From: Polymyxa betae A26-41
Taxonomy: Eukaryota; Protista; Endomyxa: Phytomyxea
Assembly: GCA_003693705.1 (NCBI GenBank)
Contig: RBZT01000146.1
Coordinates: forward strand, 58,635-122,634
Length of the DNA: 64,000 nucleotides
Direction: 5' to 3'
A model generated the notes under the pieces. The model was not told where the DNA came from and searched no databases. It saw only the letters and a list, made by a program, of their open reading frames with translations. A program made the translations under genes and the position numbers. This document shows, one piece after another, positions 1 to 12,500 of the stretch; position 1 is the stretch's first letter, and every line of letters starts with the position of its first letter.

Positions 1-176
1 GCAATATGAAGGAGAAATTGAGACCAACAGGACATTGAAAGCACGAAAAATAAAAATAACGAGAAAATTTTTCAAAATTATGCGCGATCAGCGGAGTCCG
101 TGATGGGAATCTGAAAGCAGTTCCAGGCTAAGAACTGAGATCGGCTGCCCTACATTAGCTTGAAGATTTTCATTCA

Positions 177-863
177 ATGGGGAAAGCTCGCAAAACGAGG
201 AAGTTCGCTCAAGTCAAACGTCTTCTGAACCCCAACGATGCCCGCCTGAAGGCCAATGCGGCCAAGCAAGAAACCGAATTAAAAAAGAAGAAAGAAAGTA
301 CGGTTAGAAAAGTCGAGCAGACGACTCGAGCTTTGTTCTTCAGCTACAACACAGCTTTAGGTACAATTTGTTTATCGTCATTCAAGATTCGTATTCAACA
401 TCATTAATAGGCCCTCCTTATCACATTCTGATTGATACCAACTTTATCAATGCATCCATCCAGAACCGTCTAGATATTGTGAAGGGCATGATGGATTGTT
501 TGCTGGCCAAATGCACCCCTTACATCACCGATTGTGTTATGGGAGAATTGGAGAAGCTCGGTCCGAAATACCGCCTTGCCTTAAGGTCAGATTTTTAACT
601 TCTCTTATTGAATTTTCTCATGTTCGTGCAGAATCGCTAAAGATTCACGCTTTAAGCGTCTCCCTTGTCAGCACAAGGGAACTTATGCAGATGATTGTCT
701 TGTCTCTCGAGCGGAGCAGCATAAATGCTATATTGTTGCTACTTGTGATAAGGATTTGAAAAGGCGCTTAAGAAAGGTGCCAGGTGTCCCTATCATGTAC
801 ATTCAGGCTCATAAATATTCGATCGAGAGGTTGCCCGATGCTCTCAATGCTCCGAATTTCTAA
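177..863 (+). CDS. FCF1: rRNA-processing PIN-domain nuclease FCF1/UTP24 (3 exons; introns 361-410, 586-631)
   Basis: [15 protein letters not shown] start; [19 protein letters not shown]; [17 protein letters not shown]; [10 protein letters not shown]; [27 protein letters not shown] introns restore the frame. Confidence 0.96.
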
Positions 864-1025
864 ATCGATTTATGTCGTCATAGTATTTATAAATCTATTT
901 CGCTTTACAAACTGTTTCCCATCTTATATAGCAAAAGCATCGAATTTTAGAATTCCATCTTAAACAAGAGTGCTCAAGTTTATTATTAACAACTGAAGAA
1001 GAATAAATACCTTCGCCAATGCTTT

Positions 1026-3658
1026 TTATTTCTTCAAGGGGTTCAGGCTGGCAGCCATAATAGCAGCGACGAATGTCATAATCTGCAAAGTATAAATTTT
1101 TCCGGTGCCAATACGAAGTAAGAAACGTACCATCTTGTCTTTAATTTCAACGATGTCTTCAGGCAAAAGGAAGATGATACTTCCGATCTTACGAGCAACA
1201 GATATGGCATATCGAGCATTGAGAAGCTGATCGTCTTTCGTCTGCGCAGGAGTAACAAGCTATCAAAACAACTTAGTAAAAAGAAGACATTAGTGACCTC
1301 GGGTCTCACCTCCCAGTTGATGATGCGGTTCTCAACAGCATACAACAGATCGAAAAAGAACTCGGACGTTTTTAGGGACGGGTCCTTGAATGATTGCATG
1401 CGAGTTGACCTAGCAGCATTGGCAACCTGAATGATCATTTGTTTGAGTAAACGCAACGCGGATTGTAATGATCAAACCTTATCATTGGCCCATTGAATGA
1501 TCTTCTCGTCGGACATGACAACGCCGCCTCCAAGTTGCGTTAAGAATTTAATGATATGGCGACGCATCAGTTGCCTGATCATGAGCTGTCTTAGAGCAAA
1601 TTCGTACATAAAAAAAGGGGACACATACCAGGTGAGGGCCAGAACAAGTTTCCTGTTTCCATCAACGATATCCGTTCCGCCAATACCGACCAAGCTGAAT
1701 TTCAATTGCTTCCCAAGCACAATTACATAGTTCGCATTGCTGATCCGCTTAAACCTTGGATGCAATATGAGCATACGCTTATTCTCTGGCAGCATAGCAC
1801 ACTCACTTGTTACTTGGCTTTTTCTCAACCTTGCTCCAATCCACAATTCCGGGTTCAATGTGGTCAATCACTAAGACAGAGAATGGATATGAATGGATTA
1901 TAATCGTTGAACAGCTACCTTTAAGAAGGACGAGACCATCCTTGCAATCCTCGTAAAGAGCGTTTACGTAGACTTCGTGCAGGCCGAGAGTATTAATCCA
2001 CATTCGGAAAGCTATAGTTATTTTCAGTGAAAACAGAGCAGAAAATGACACAGAATCAAACCTCTTTCTTCTCGGCTGTCACCAAAGTCGTCATCCATCA
2101 TTCCTGCTAACTCCATTGCCTGCAAATGTGCTTTAGAAACCGCGACTTAAGTTCGAACAACAACAAGACCTCTTCCTCAGTCAGAGGGTCCAATCCTGGG
2201 CAAGTGTTGAAAATTGAGGCAGTAAACGCCAAGTTTAATCGAGCATTGCCCTTAACAATGTCTCGAGCCTATGTCATATGTTAGTTCGACAATTATCCAG
2301 AACATTATGGTAATATGAGTTGAGTGGCACAGAACCTGAATGAAAGCATGAATGTCAAGCTTCTCTGCATTGCGAAGGACTCGGTCGGCTCTCTTGGTTA
2401 GATCCTTTTCTTCCAGCGCCGATTTGTCACAGCGTTGAGGTGCGATTTGATTGAGCAAGACTGTGTACGCTTCAGAGTCCTAGACAATGTTATAAGACAT
2501 GCAACAAATGTTATGGAACAATATCAAACCTTCACATCAGTAGCGAAGTTCGTGATGCGTTTAGAAAAGCCAGCGTTTTTTAGATGGTAGTTGAACCAAC
2601 GAATCAAAAGTTGATCGGGAGGAAGTTTCAACAAATCAGCAAGCTCTTCGCCCTCTTCAAGCAGACGAACCAGCTCTGGATGGTTCTTCAGGTTGATCGT
2701 GTTCAAGAGTTGCAATTTGACTAAATGCGCTTCAGCTATCAACCGCTAGCGATATCAGAATCAGCGTTACCGAGCTGCCACACCAGACCAAGAACAAGAT
2801 GCGGGTGCTTATCACCGCTAGCAAGCTCACTGGCTCCCAAGTTCACTGTCTGGATACCAATAGCTTTAGCTGAAGCAATCACCAAGTTAAGGTTCTCATT
2901 GATCTGTTCATAGACTGCTCAGGTACAGCTCTTCAAAGATGACCCATGATCTAACCTGGAACAGAGAAAGAGGTTTGTTGTTCTTTTGAAGGTTCAGAGC
3001 ACGAACATCAATGGTGTCTTTGACAGCTTTGTTAATGAATTTTGAAAGAAGAACACCATCGTTGACTTTCTTCGCCAGCTCCTGGCCGTTAACATCGATG
3101 GGCAACAGATATCTGTTTAAAGTTTAGAATCATCGATCCGTTTGAGATCCGTCGTACTTGAGATCTGAGTCCTCTCCAAGAACCTGGTTGATATGTAAAG
3201 CGAAAGCAGTCATTTCTTCTTGTGAGAACGAGTGAACACCACCTGCATGGCCTTGAACTTGAATCAGCTCTTTCTGCTTCTCATAAACCTAATGAAATTT
3301 CAGTTTCAAGCAGATATGAGCGAACTCCATTTGATCAACCTTGGCAAAGCCAGCAGCACCAGCTGTTTTCCCTGTCCGAATCGAAGAAATGATAGCCAGA
3401 AACTCATTGAATTCGATAGTTCCAGATCTATCAGTATCAACCTAGATCCAGCATTGGATTAGAGCTTCGTCAACGTTTAAGTAAAAGCCCAACTTCGGAG
3501 ATCAATGTCTTCAGCTGAGAAGCATCCTTGAACTCGTTGAGATTTCGGAGGACAGTCTCAAGCTCAAGAACGTCAATAGAGCCGTTGCCGTTTGTGTCGA
3601 ATGACGCAAACTCATGGTGGAATTGTTGTAGCTCTGCAGGGGAGAAGGTGAGAGCCAT
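1026..3658 (-). CDS. FIM: Fimbrin/plastin (EF-hands plus four calponin-homology domains), multi-exon
   Basis: EF-hand [10 protein letters not shown]; [23 protein letters not shown]; [18 protein letters not shown]; FRMWINTLG; [27 protein letters not shown]; ends [18 protein letters not shown]. Confidence 0.95.
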
Positions 3659-4611
3659 GACTGTGATAGACAGAATCAGAAATGAGCGAGTCTCCACCGA
3701 AGCACACGATCTTTACGGCAAGACGCGTGCTTCTTAGAATATCTACCATGATTCAAGATGGATGCAGACAACGGCGCCATCTGACTGAAAAATCTGCCTG
3801 AGTCCAAAAGAAGAAGAAGTGTGTAAGCTCTTGTAATACGAGGGAACCAAGAATCGCCAAACGCGTATTATCTTGTTACATACAGTATGAGCATGAGATG
3901 GTGGAAGGCTGCACCGCAGATTGGGATTCCGTCGTGCTCTTTTGTCACTCACATTGACTATCAGCATCGCAGTACTCGATTCTATTGGTAGGTTGGGTTT
4001 CGAGCTTCAGGCAACGATAACGGTGTATTGGGGCATCTGTGTGCCTGGCCCGTTTCGAATGGAGTAATCCAAACCGATCATCTATAAGCAAACAAACAAG
4101 AATAGCATCCTTTCATGTTAAGCGAGCAAAAATCGCGTTTCTCAGAGATACATCCGACATAAATAGGTCAATTATTCGGTGATATTTAGAAATGAGAGTA
4201 GAGTAGGAAAGGCTTTTTTACTGTGTGAATGAACGAGCCGGGTTTTATCAGCAAACCAGACAGTCTGTAAGCAATATGGTTAACGTTGCGAATCCTTGCG
4301 GCTATCTATACAGTATGTTGACTCCTCGACCAACAATTACCTTCCGCGATTCTAAAAAGAGAGTATATCAAGTTAAAGTGGCTTTTTAAACATCTCGAAG
4401 TCGAGTCGAGTCGTTTGTTGACTTTGTTCGGCCTCACACTTGTTGATTGGCTTTCGTTTTTTTAAATCTTCCGAAATCCACTGTACAGGGTAGGGCACAG
4501 CCACCGACGCTATTTATAGTTCTGAATGTTTCTCGGATTGCGTTGACCTTATCAGAAGGCCGAAGCGAAGGCCGCCCGTAGTCGTACGTTCAGGTCACAT
4601 TGTTTGAGCAC

Positions 4612-6135
4612 ATGTTACAAATTCGTAACATTACTCCTCTCATTGTCTGGCTGTTTCTGTGTCTTCATTGTATACAAACTTGTGATGCTGTATATCACTT
4701 GAGGCCCGCCTTCATTAGCGAAAGAGCTGTCGATCAATTACGGGCGTTCTCAAAGGTTATCAACGGATTGCCTTCGGGGCCGCTGACTATTTCGACATTA
4801 CATCCTGTAGCGAGATCTGGATTGCCTGAGATAATCTCGCTTCTATCGTTAAATAACGACAATGTCGGATGGACTGTCTGTTAACTATACTTTTCTGAGA
4901 ATCGGTAAAATAGGATTGTCTGGAGCGCATTCGTCGTAAACCATTACGAAGGCGTCTTGAGCTGTTGCGAATTGCCGATTATTTAGATATGAGTATAGCT
5001 CCACCAGGCCGGCGCTCATTTCTGGAGCTTATAAGCGATATGTATGTGAGAACCTTAACAAAGTCAATGAAAGGTGTCGGAAGTCTTTTGAGGTACCGGC
5101 GCCAACGAGAAATCGAAGACGAAGAATACCTATTTTCTGTGATTGCAAACGCACTGCCCAGCAGCGCGCTTTCATCGCCGTCATCTTGCGAATCATGTGT
5201 GGAATTACTGCCTTATCTTACAAGGGAATCCATTGATCGCATCTACCCACAAGCTCTTGCATTAGCCAGGTGTGTGAAGTTTCTGCTGTACTTTAACAGC
5301 GGTCTTCTATTACACGAGTTTTTCCTATTAATGTGCATTTAGAAGTGTCAAAAATCGCAAATCGTCGTTCTTCTCAGCTCTTCGTTTGATTGTGGCAATG
5401 GCTGAGGGCCGTTTTAAGATTCACGAGTTCGATCTTTTTGACAAGGCCATCTTCCTTTTAAAAGTTCGTGCCATCAATATCAGCAAAGGCGATGATGGCA
5501 ACGATGATATCAGGACTCTTTGTAATTTGATAAGATGTCTAGATGAATCATGGACAAAAACGGGAACCCTGACCTTCACCGTTACTTCTTGGTTGAATTT
5601 TATTTTCCTGCAGATGAGGTTCGCGGGTACTTACTGACCACGATTTCGTACTCAATGTTTGTTTAGTGCTGTGGTAGCAGCCGGCGCAGATAAGCGATTG
5701 CTGCAAACTTACACGGGATTTGTTAACCTGATAATCTCTCGAATCCACAAATCGCACTTCGCCACCGTTAGCTTTCGAGGGTTCTCTCTATTGGATTCAG
5801 TAATCGAGTCAATGTTTGTGTCGTACGGGACACCGTACAATTTTCAGACAACATTTGGGGTCGATCTGTTAAACCGGATCATTGATAGAACACCGAATGA
5901 TATTCTCTTCAAAACATCTAATGGGCAAACCTCTTTGCGCTTCTTGCTGAAGACTTTAAAGTACAATACCGCTTGTGTTGTGGACGCTTCTTTGAAGTTT
6001 ACGCTCAGGTCTAAATCGGACGGTGATTACTTCAAGTGGAACGGTTCTAAATGGCATCGTCTTTTGGTGAAGTTGCTCATAAGGAGAAGATCAAGGAGAC
6101 GATCCGCCTTAGAGTCGCATGAGACACGAACGTAG
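4612..6135 (+). CDS. Orphan secreted protein with possible SKP1/BTB-like N-terminal domain and basic C-terminus (candidate effector), ~4 exons
   Basis: Signal-peptide-like MLQIRNITPLIVWLFLCLHCIQTCDA; successive ORFs joinable by short GT-AG introns; motif LELLRIADYLDM; C-terminal RRRSRRR. Confidence 0.6.
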
Positions 6136-6539
6136 TCTTTAATGATAATTGTAAGGTATCCAACATGCATGAGATATCATCACTAACTGATGAAACTAGA
6201 CCAGATTGGCTTACAACGATTAGAAAAAGGTCGTGATTGGTTTATTAAGCGCCATGCAGCTCAATAAACTGTCAATCAGAGGAAGTTAACAAATTTTGGA
6301 ATACCGGTAGGCTTATGCAACAAACATCACAAACTTTCCTCTACGGATTTTGTCACGAGCTCTAGACAAACAGCACCGATTGCATAAAAGGTTACCACAT
6401 TCGGAAGGACTTTTCCTCATTGATGACTCACGTTCGGGAAATCCTTAACAATGGCGTCATGGCGTAGTTCCGGTGGAATTTCAAGGCCTAACTGCTCAAA
6501 ACAGAATCACGAAAAGGTCTTTGACCACATTTATATCCC

Positions 6540-8018
6540 ATGAGAATCGGCTCTATATCTGGAATCGTCTCGGCGTGCCTTATTCTAAGCGCGCTCTCGC
6601 ATGCAGCTGACGCTCTCCGCGACGAAGACTTTCAGGGAGCAATTCAAAACCGCCATGAAAGCGCCGGCCCTTCCAGCTCTAACATGGCACAACCTTCAAG
6701 CTCGACTCCGAATGATGAAAAACAGCACCCAATAGACCATCATACGGGTTCTTCCACGAGTACTGTTGTTAGCAATACCAGCGTTTCTTCCATCTCTGCT
6801 ATCAGCAACGGAACCAATGGAAACCTTTCCACCCATGTCGTTTCCAACAACGGAAACAATATAATGCATGTCGATACAGATCGGAAGCCGTCGACGCCCA
6901 GCTCACCTGGAAGCGGACTGAAGCCATCGAGCCCCAGTCCGTCTACTCACGGTAATGGCGGCGACACGCCATCGACTGCGAAGCCATCCGCTGATCTCAA
7001 CGGCGGAATGAAACCATCCGCTCCGAGTTCGTTTCCAGATTATGTCGAACCGGGTTCTCACTCTGGCAAGGCCTCAAACCCGGATTCGTCAAGCTTGAAA
7101 AAATCGCAACATTCTGTTGAAGCTCCACATGGCCACGATGGATCTCGATCGTTTTCTTCTGGATCGGGCTTAAAGCCATCTAGTGTAAAACAAGAGTCTC
7201 CCTCTAGTAGCAGCTTGTCGCCCTCTGGCGGAATTCAAAGTGCAAAGCCCTCCTCCTCACGACAATCTCCTGATGATCATAGCGAGTCGCTTCCGCTTTC
7301 ATCAATCACGAATTCTGGTGCGAAGCCTGCCAATACGATGCCAGCAGCTGATCAATTTCCCGGCGAGCAAACTACCTCCGACTCGGCTTCGCCTAACGTC
7401 GCTAAACCAGCTGGCAATCCTCTCACGAACGCGACGATGACTAATGTGCCTGCTCCTGCAATTTCTCGTCCAACTTTACCTGTCTTTGACAAGACATCTG
7501 GAACGCCAAGCATTAAAAAGCCAGGAAAACGAATAACGACAACAACTGTGACAAGGAAGAAGAATTTACTCGGGAAAGTCGGCTCAGGTAGGGCATCGTT
7601 CAAACCTTCCTACCTGGCGCCAACGCCTTCACGAGGAAAGACTCCGATGTACTCTCCGCCAAGAACGCCTTCCACTAAACGAATTCCTCCTAATGGTCAC
7701 CCGCCGTTGAGAAAAACATCGACGCCGGCGCTCTACTCAAGACCTTCGTCGCCGAAGAGCTCAACTCTTTACCAGAACAAGCCTCGATCGCCGTCACCTG
7801 CCTTGTACTCGGTATCAAGACGAGCTCCGTCTCCTGTGTATTCAAACCCCGCTCCCCAGAAATCAACGAAAAAGTCAACAGACTACAAAGCTCCTACCCC
7901 GAAGAAGAACCAATCATACAAGGCTCCCAAAAAGTCTAGTAACAGCTCATCTGCAGAAGCAAAGTGTCTCTCTGCAAGTGCAATTGCCCTATTACTCACT
8001 GTTGGTCTTCTTTTCTAA
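6540..8018 (+). CDS. Intronless Ser/Pro/Thr-rich surface protein with signal peptide and predicted GPI anchor
   Basis: 492-aa ORF; hydrophobic N-terminus ending AHAADA; C-terminus NSSSAEAKCLSASAIALLLTVGLLF (small residues, spacer, hydrophobic tail); internal KPS and Tyr-containing repeats. Confidence 0.85.
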   Translation: MRIGSISGIVSACLILSALSHAADALRDEDFQGAIQNRHESAGPSSSNMAQPSSSTPNDEKQHPIDHHTGSSTSTVVSNTSVSSISAISNGTNGNLSTHVVSNNGNNIMHVDTDRKPSTPSSPGSGLKPSSPSPSTHGNGGDTPSTAKPSADLNGGMKPSAPSSFPDYVEPGSHSGKASNPDSSSLKKSQHSVEAPHGHDGSRSFSSGSGLKPSSVKQESPSSSSLSPSGGIQSAKPSSSRQSPDDHSESLPLSSITNSGAKPANTMPAADQFPGEQTTSDSASPNVAKPAGNPLTNATMTNVPAPAISRPTLPVFDKTSGTPSIKKPGKRITTTTVTRKKNLLGKVGSGRASFKPSYLAPTPSRGKTPMYSPPRTPSTKRIPPNGHPPLRKTSTPALYSRPSSPKSSTLYQNKPRSPSPALYSVSRRAPSPVYSNPAPQKSTKKSTDYKAPTPKKNQSYKAPKKSSNSSSAEAKCLSASAIALLLTVGLLF

Positions 8019-8859
8019 ACCGATTTCGGATATAAACTGATTCTGTACTTTATTGGCCAAATGTTTTAAACTGAACTGAGCAGTAGTGCGACCCGTATAG
8101 TTTCTTCGACGATTTGCCAAAGTGGAAAATCCAAAATCCATTTCCACCCATAAAAAATATGACCAAAAAACCAATAAACCACTCATGCCAATACAGTAAT
8201 CCCAAGAATTTCAAAAATTCGTTCATCCCAATTCTCAAAAGTTTCCCATCAATTTCAATTTTTTGAAAAATCAAACGGTAAGCCTAGAAAAGCCCCTTTG
8301 ATGCAAACATGATACTCTCAACTGAACTGAGCCAAACCCGAACAAAATCAGGGCCTGTAACAGCTACCTGGCTCCGAGACAACGAGGTGATCATGAATAT
8401 CATAGATCGGGTAGGAACAGTGAAATCCAGATTGACGACACCGACAATGCAGTTGCATGTTAGATATATGAACCGAGCCTGGGTGTTTGGGAAACCGATT
8501 CAATGGGTCGCCAACTGGACACTAGCTGAGGCTACCTAGTTGGGAGGGAATCCAACAAAAGACAAGGCCACATCTGGATTATTTCTCACGAATCAATTAG
8601 ATAGCGTATCTGTTATCATCGTGTACAAACCTCACCCAATAAGCTCTGTTTCCTCGTTCATACAGACTTGCTGATCATGGGTGGTATTTGGATAGGGTTG
8701 CGATTGTTTTGCGGTCGTGCTGCCCCAGTAGATGTGTGGACCTGCCCTCCATGAGTTTGTCTGTCAGGTGCAATGATGGGTGCGAGAGAGGGCGACATTT
8801 TAGCTAAGTCGACACTGATTTTCGCTGTGTGACAAATCTATAGTGAATAACAAATCAAA

Positions 8860-9160
8860 TCGACATTATGGATTCGAGTTTGTAGAGTCTCGTCTGGATT
8901 TGGAGGGCGAATCAGAATTGGCGAAGCTAAATATGCTTTCAACGATTTGAAGACGAACATGGATGCATCATATCTCTCCGAACGATTGGAACCTAAATCA
9001 GCTATTCATCATCAATACGTCAATTGCGAACAGAACAAAACAATCCTTGAATCATTATAATCATCGGCCTAAACGCTTAATCACTGCTGATCGTTCTAAC
9101 TGGGGATTCTTCAGCGACAATCCGAACAGATGTTGACCGCAATGTGCCCAATTATGCTAT
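8860..9160 (+). mobile_element. Possible heavily decayed Tc1/mariner transposase remnant
   Basis: Across a frameshift, LKTNMDASYLSERLEPKSAIHHQ then RLITADRSNWGFFSDNP loosely echo the mariner ..ARWVP..L and RIVTGDEKW...NP blocks in order. There are stops and no terminal repeats were seen. Confidence 0.2.
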
Positions 9161-9585
9161 TAGCACTAATTTGGGGATTTCACAAACCCGCGTGCATAAG
9201 GTCAGCGATATCAGCACACCAAATAATATTCCAGAAGAATACAAAACATTTCCGAATGATCTATGACCTGGAGAAGAAACAATCTGATGGAGCCCCGTTA
9301 GAAGGGCAAAAAAATTTCCTTGAAATTGGAAATTCGATTTACCATTTGAATTATATCAAGAGAACCATGGATCATCATCATCGTGAATCAAGCCCAACCT
9401 TCAAAGCCTCAGATTGTCTGTTAATTACAAAAAGCAATGGCGTTTATTGCGACGGCGCCTATCGAAGAACAACATACTTAGCATCATCACTTCCATTAAG
9501 GGATGGGCCTCGGTAGGCGCTCTGCCTTGTCGGGCTAGAGGCGACCTCGAAATATCGATCTTAATATCAGTACCTGGATTCAATC

Positions 9586-12500
9586 ATGTCCAACACGGCC
9601 GGACGCGATATCAGCCCCAGGACCGACACCAATGTCGTCAAATGTGGTCATCTGAAGAAACAGGGTTGGAAGTTCACGAATCAGTCGCTGAGGTTCTGAT
9701 TTCGGATCGTCAGGCGGTGCCAGAGGAGGGCGAAGAAACTGGAAGCGGAGATGGTTTATATTGAAATCTGATTATATCTGCTATTTTCAGGAAAAAGATG
9801 GAAAGTCTACAGATGGCCCTTGTCTGGGTGTATTACCATTACGATCCGCTAAGGTTTATTATACAATTTTTAGCACAAAATCAGAGCGGCTCTATCAGTA
9901 TCTTAAATTTCGCAACCCTAAAACCCCTGCAGAATGCTTTCTAACCAAGTTATTGTAGGTGGTTTCTGTTGAGTATGTTCCTGATGATGTCACTCCATCA
10001 GCGCAAACGTCGCCTGGTGCATCGCATCCGGCAGCCAGCCCGATTACAACGTGTTACATGTGCCAGAAATCATTCACGAAGAAAGTCGTCTGTAAAAGTT
10101 GCCAGAATGCCTTTTGTACGAATTGTGCATCCGAACTTCAGATGGGAGACAAGTGGGTCGTGCTTTTCGCGTTTGGCTCATTTACTGATAATGCGATGCA
10201 CAGAACCTCACGCGTGTGCTCTAAATGTCGCTGCCACCAAGCAGATGATGATCCGGTTAAAGAGAAGGGTTCCGCCTTGGAAATGGGCATCATTGTAAGC
10301 CATAGAATTTTCGGCCTGTTCATTTTCGTTGGATATTCTCACAAACGCTTCTTCCCAAACTTTTATATCTAGATTGAATATTAAAATATTTAAAGTTGCT
10401 GTGTCCACCGTATCATTAATATCGATTCAGGTTGAGGTGACACAACCGGAGCCGAAAAATTCGAAATTCTTCAAGAAAGAACGTCCCCAGCATCTATTCG
10501 CAATCAAGACAAAGGTTATACAATTGCAGAATTTAAAAGTTAATCGGTCTCACAGATGCAATAGGAACGTGAGCTTTGGCTAGCTGCAGAGGACGCTCAA
10601 GAAAAATCAGCTTGGATTCAGGCGATCGCTGGGCTGATCATGTCTTTTAAGAAATCGGCTACAGGAACCAGCGGTGTGTATTTGCCTGGCCTATGAGTAT
10701 TGTCTGACTGATTTCCATGAAAGAATCCCCAATGTTGAGCAAAGAAGAGCCAGACATGCCGTCAACGTAATCGTGCGAGATACCACGAAATCCGCTCTGA
10801 CGTTCATCATAACAGTCCCCAATCGGAAATTGATTACGAAGAGATCACTATTTTGGAAAAGATTGGGGACGGCGCCTTCGGTGAAGTATTCACAGGAAGG
10901 CTTTGGGGCACGGATGTACTGTGCAACAACTGTTTTATGGCGTGGTCTGATTAGCGCTCTTAGGTTGCTGTGAAGACGATCAAACCCGATCAGGCTACGG
11001 AAGGTGTCGTCGAAGATTTGAAAAAAGAGGTTCATGCATTCTTCTTCTATTTTGTCCAAGTTTGAAAAGCTTTTCGTTCTAGGTCGCAATCCTGTCGCAA
11101 TTGCGCCATCCCAACGTCGTGCTTTATATCGGTGCTTGTACAAAGCCTCCCAACGTATGCATCATAACGGAATGGTGTGATCGAGGCTCGCTTCATGACG
11201 TTCTGCACGATTCGAATATTCCTCTCGATATTCAACGAATCGTTTCGCTGGCAGTGGGCATTGCTCAAGGTAAGGTCCCTTTTGATGCGATTGCATTCTC
11301 CATTCGGTTCTTACCGGATCGATTCTAAACTGTTGCATTCCTAGGAATGAATTACTTGCACAATCTTGAACGTAGAATTATTCATCGCGACCTTAAGAGC
11401 CACAATGTCGTCGTTGATAGAAATTTTAACGTCAAAGTTGCAGATTTTGGTCTTTCTCATGTCAGGTATGACACATTGGTTATCGTTTGGTTTGTGGCGA
11501 TGCTCATTGCTTTTTTTAGAGAATCGTTAACGCAACGAAATCCCGATTCTGCACAAGCGACCACCCAAGCCCTTGGGTTCGGGCAACAGCGTCCTGCTCT
11601 GGATCAGGAATTCGGTGGAGACGACGACAAGTCAATAAAGATCACATCGGAATCGATGGGCGGTCATTATGGCGTATTCGGGACTCCCGAATGGATGGCG
11701 CCTGAAATCATGGAAGGCACTGCTTACAACCAAAAAGTTTGCTTTATAATTACCTAATGACAAAAATGTTAAGATTTCGCCTAGGTGGACGTTTACAGTT
11801 TCGGCATCATGATGTCTGAGCTTCTGACCAGAAAGTTACCTTTTCGCGACCAATATAAAATCAAATCGTATTTGGACGTGGTCGATGCCGTCTTAGATGA
11901 TGGCGCCATGCCAACATTGCCTCCCTGGATTGGCCCTCGCTTGAAGCGTCTTATCGAGCTGTGCCTTTCACGTAATGCGAACTCGCGACCATCGTTCACA
12001 TCCATCATAACCAAACTCAGGTAGTGTTTGGTAGCGATTCTGCGAACTAAAAGTTACCGATATCTTAGATCGATATTTTCCTCATCGCCAGCAGATCTGT
12101 TCATTGCCTTTGATATTCCACGAATAACGCATATGCTGAGCAGCACCGACCGGCATAATCAAGCATTAGCTGCTAAAGAAATATCTCTTTTCAAATTCGA
12201 CCACGAGTCCGTAATGCTCGGTTTATGATCAAGATTATTTTCGGTTGTCTTTGCATTTATTCTATATTTTTGCCTATATAAGCGCTGCCTAACGAGGACG
12301 GATTATTCCAGGTTCTTAGGAGATGGTGAACGTCGTGTTTGTGCTCGATGTAAATACAGTGCCGCACAACACCGCCCTCTCGATGATGCAACGGTCACCT
12401 TATTCATCTCAAAGCTTACAGATATGTTGGCGTCCAGTTCGGCAAAGGTTTTTCTCTGAAGATTTTCGTCAACGGTCTGTTTGATATTACTTCAGGTTGT

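Noticed and set aside
8130-8280. A/C-skewed tract as a MITE or Helitron end
   Set aside because: No terminal inverted repeats, target duplication or second copy found in the window.
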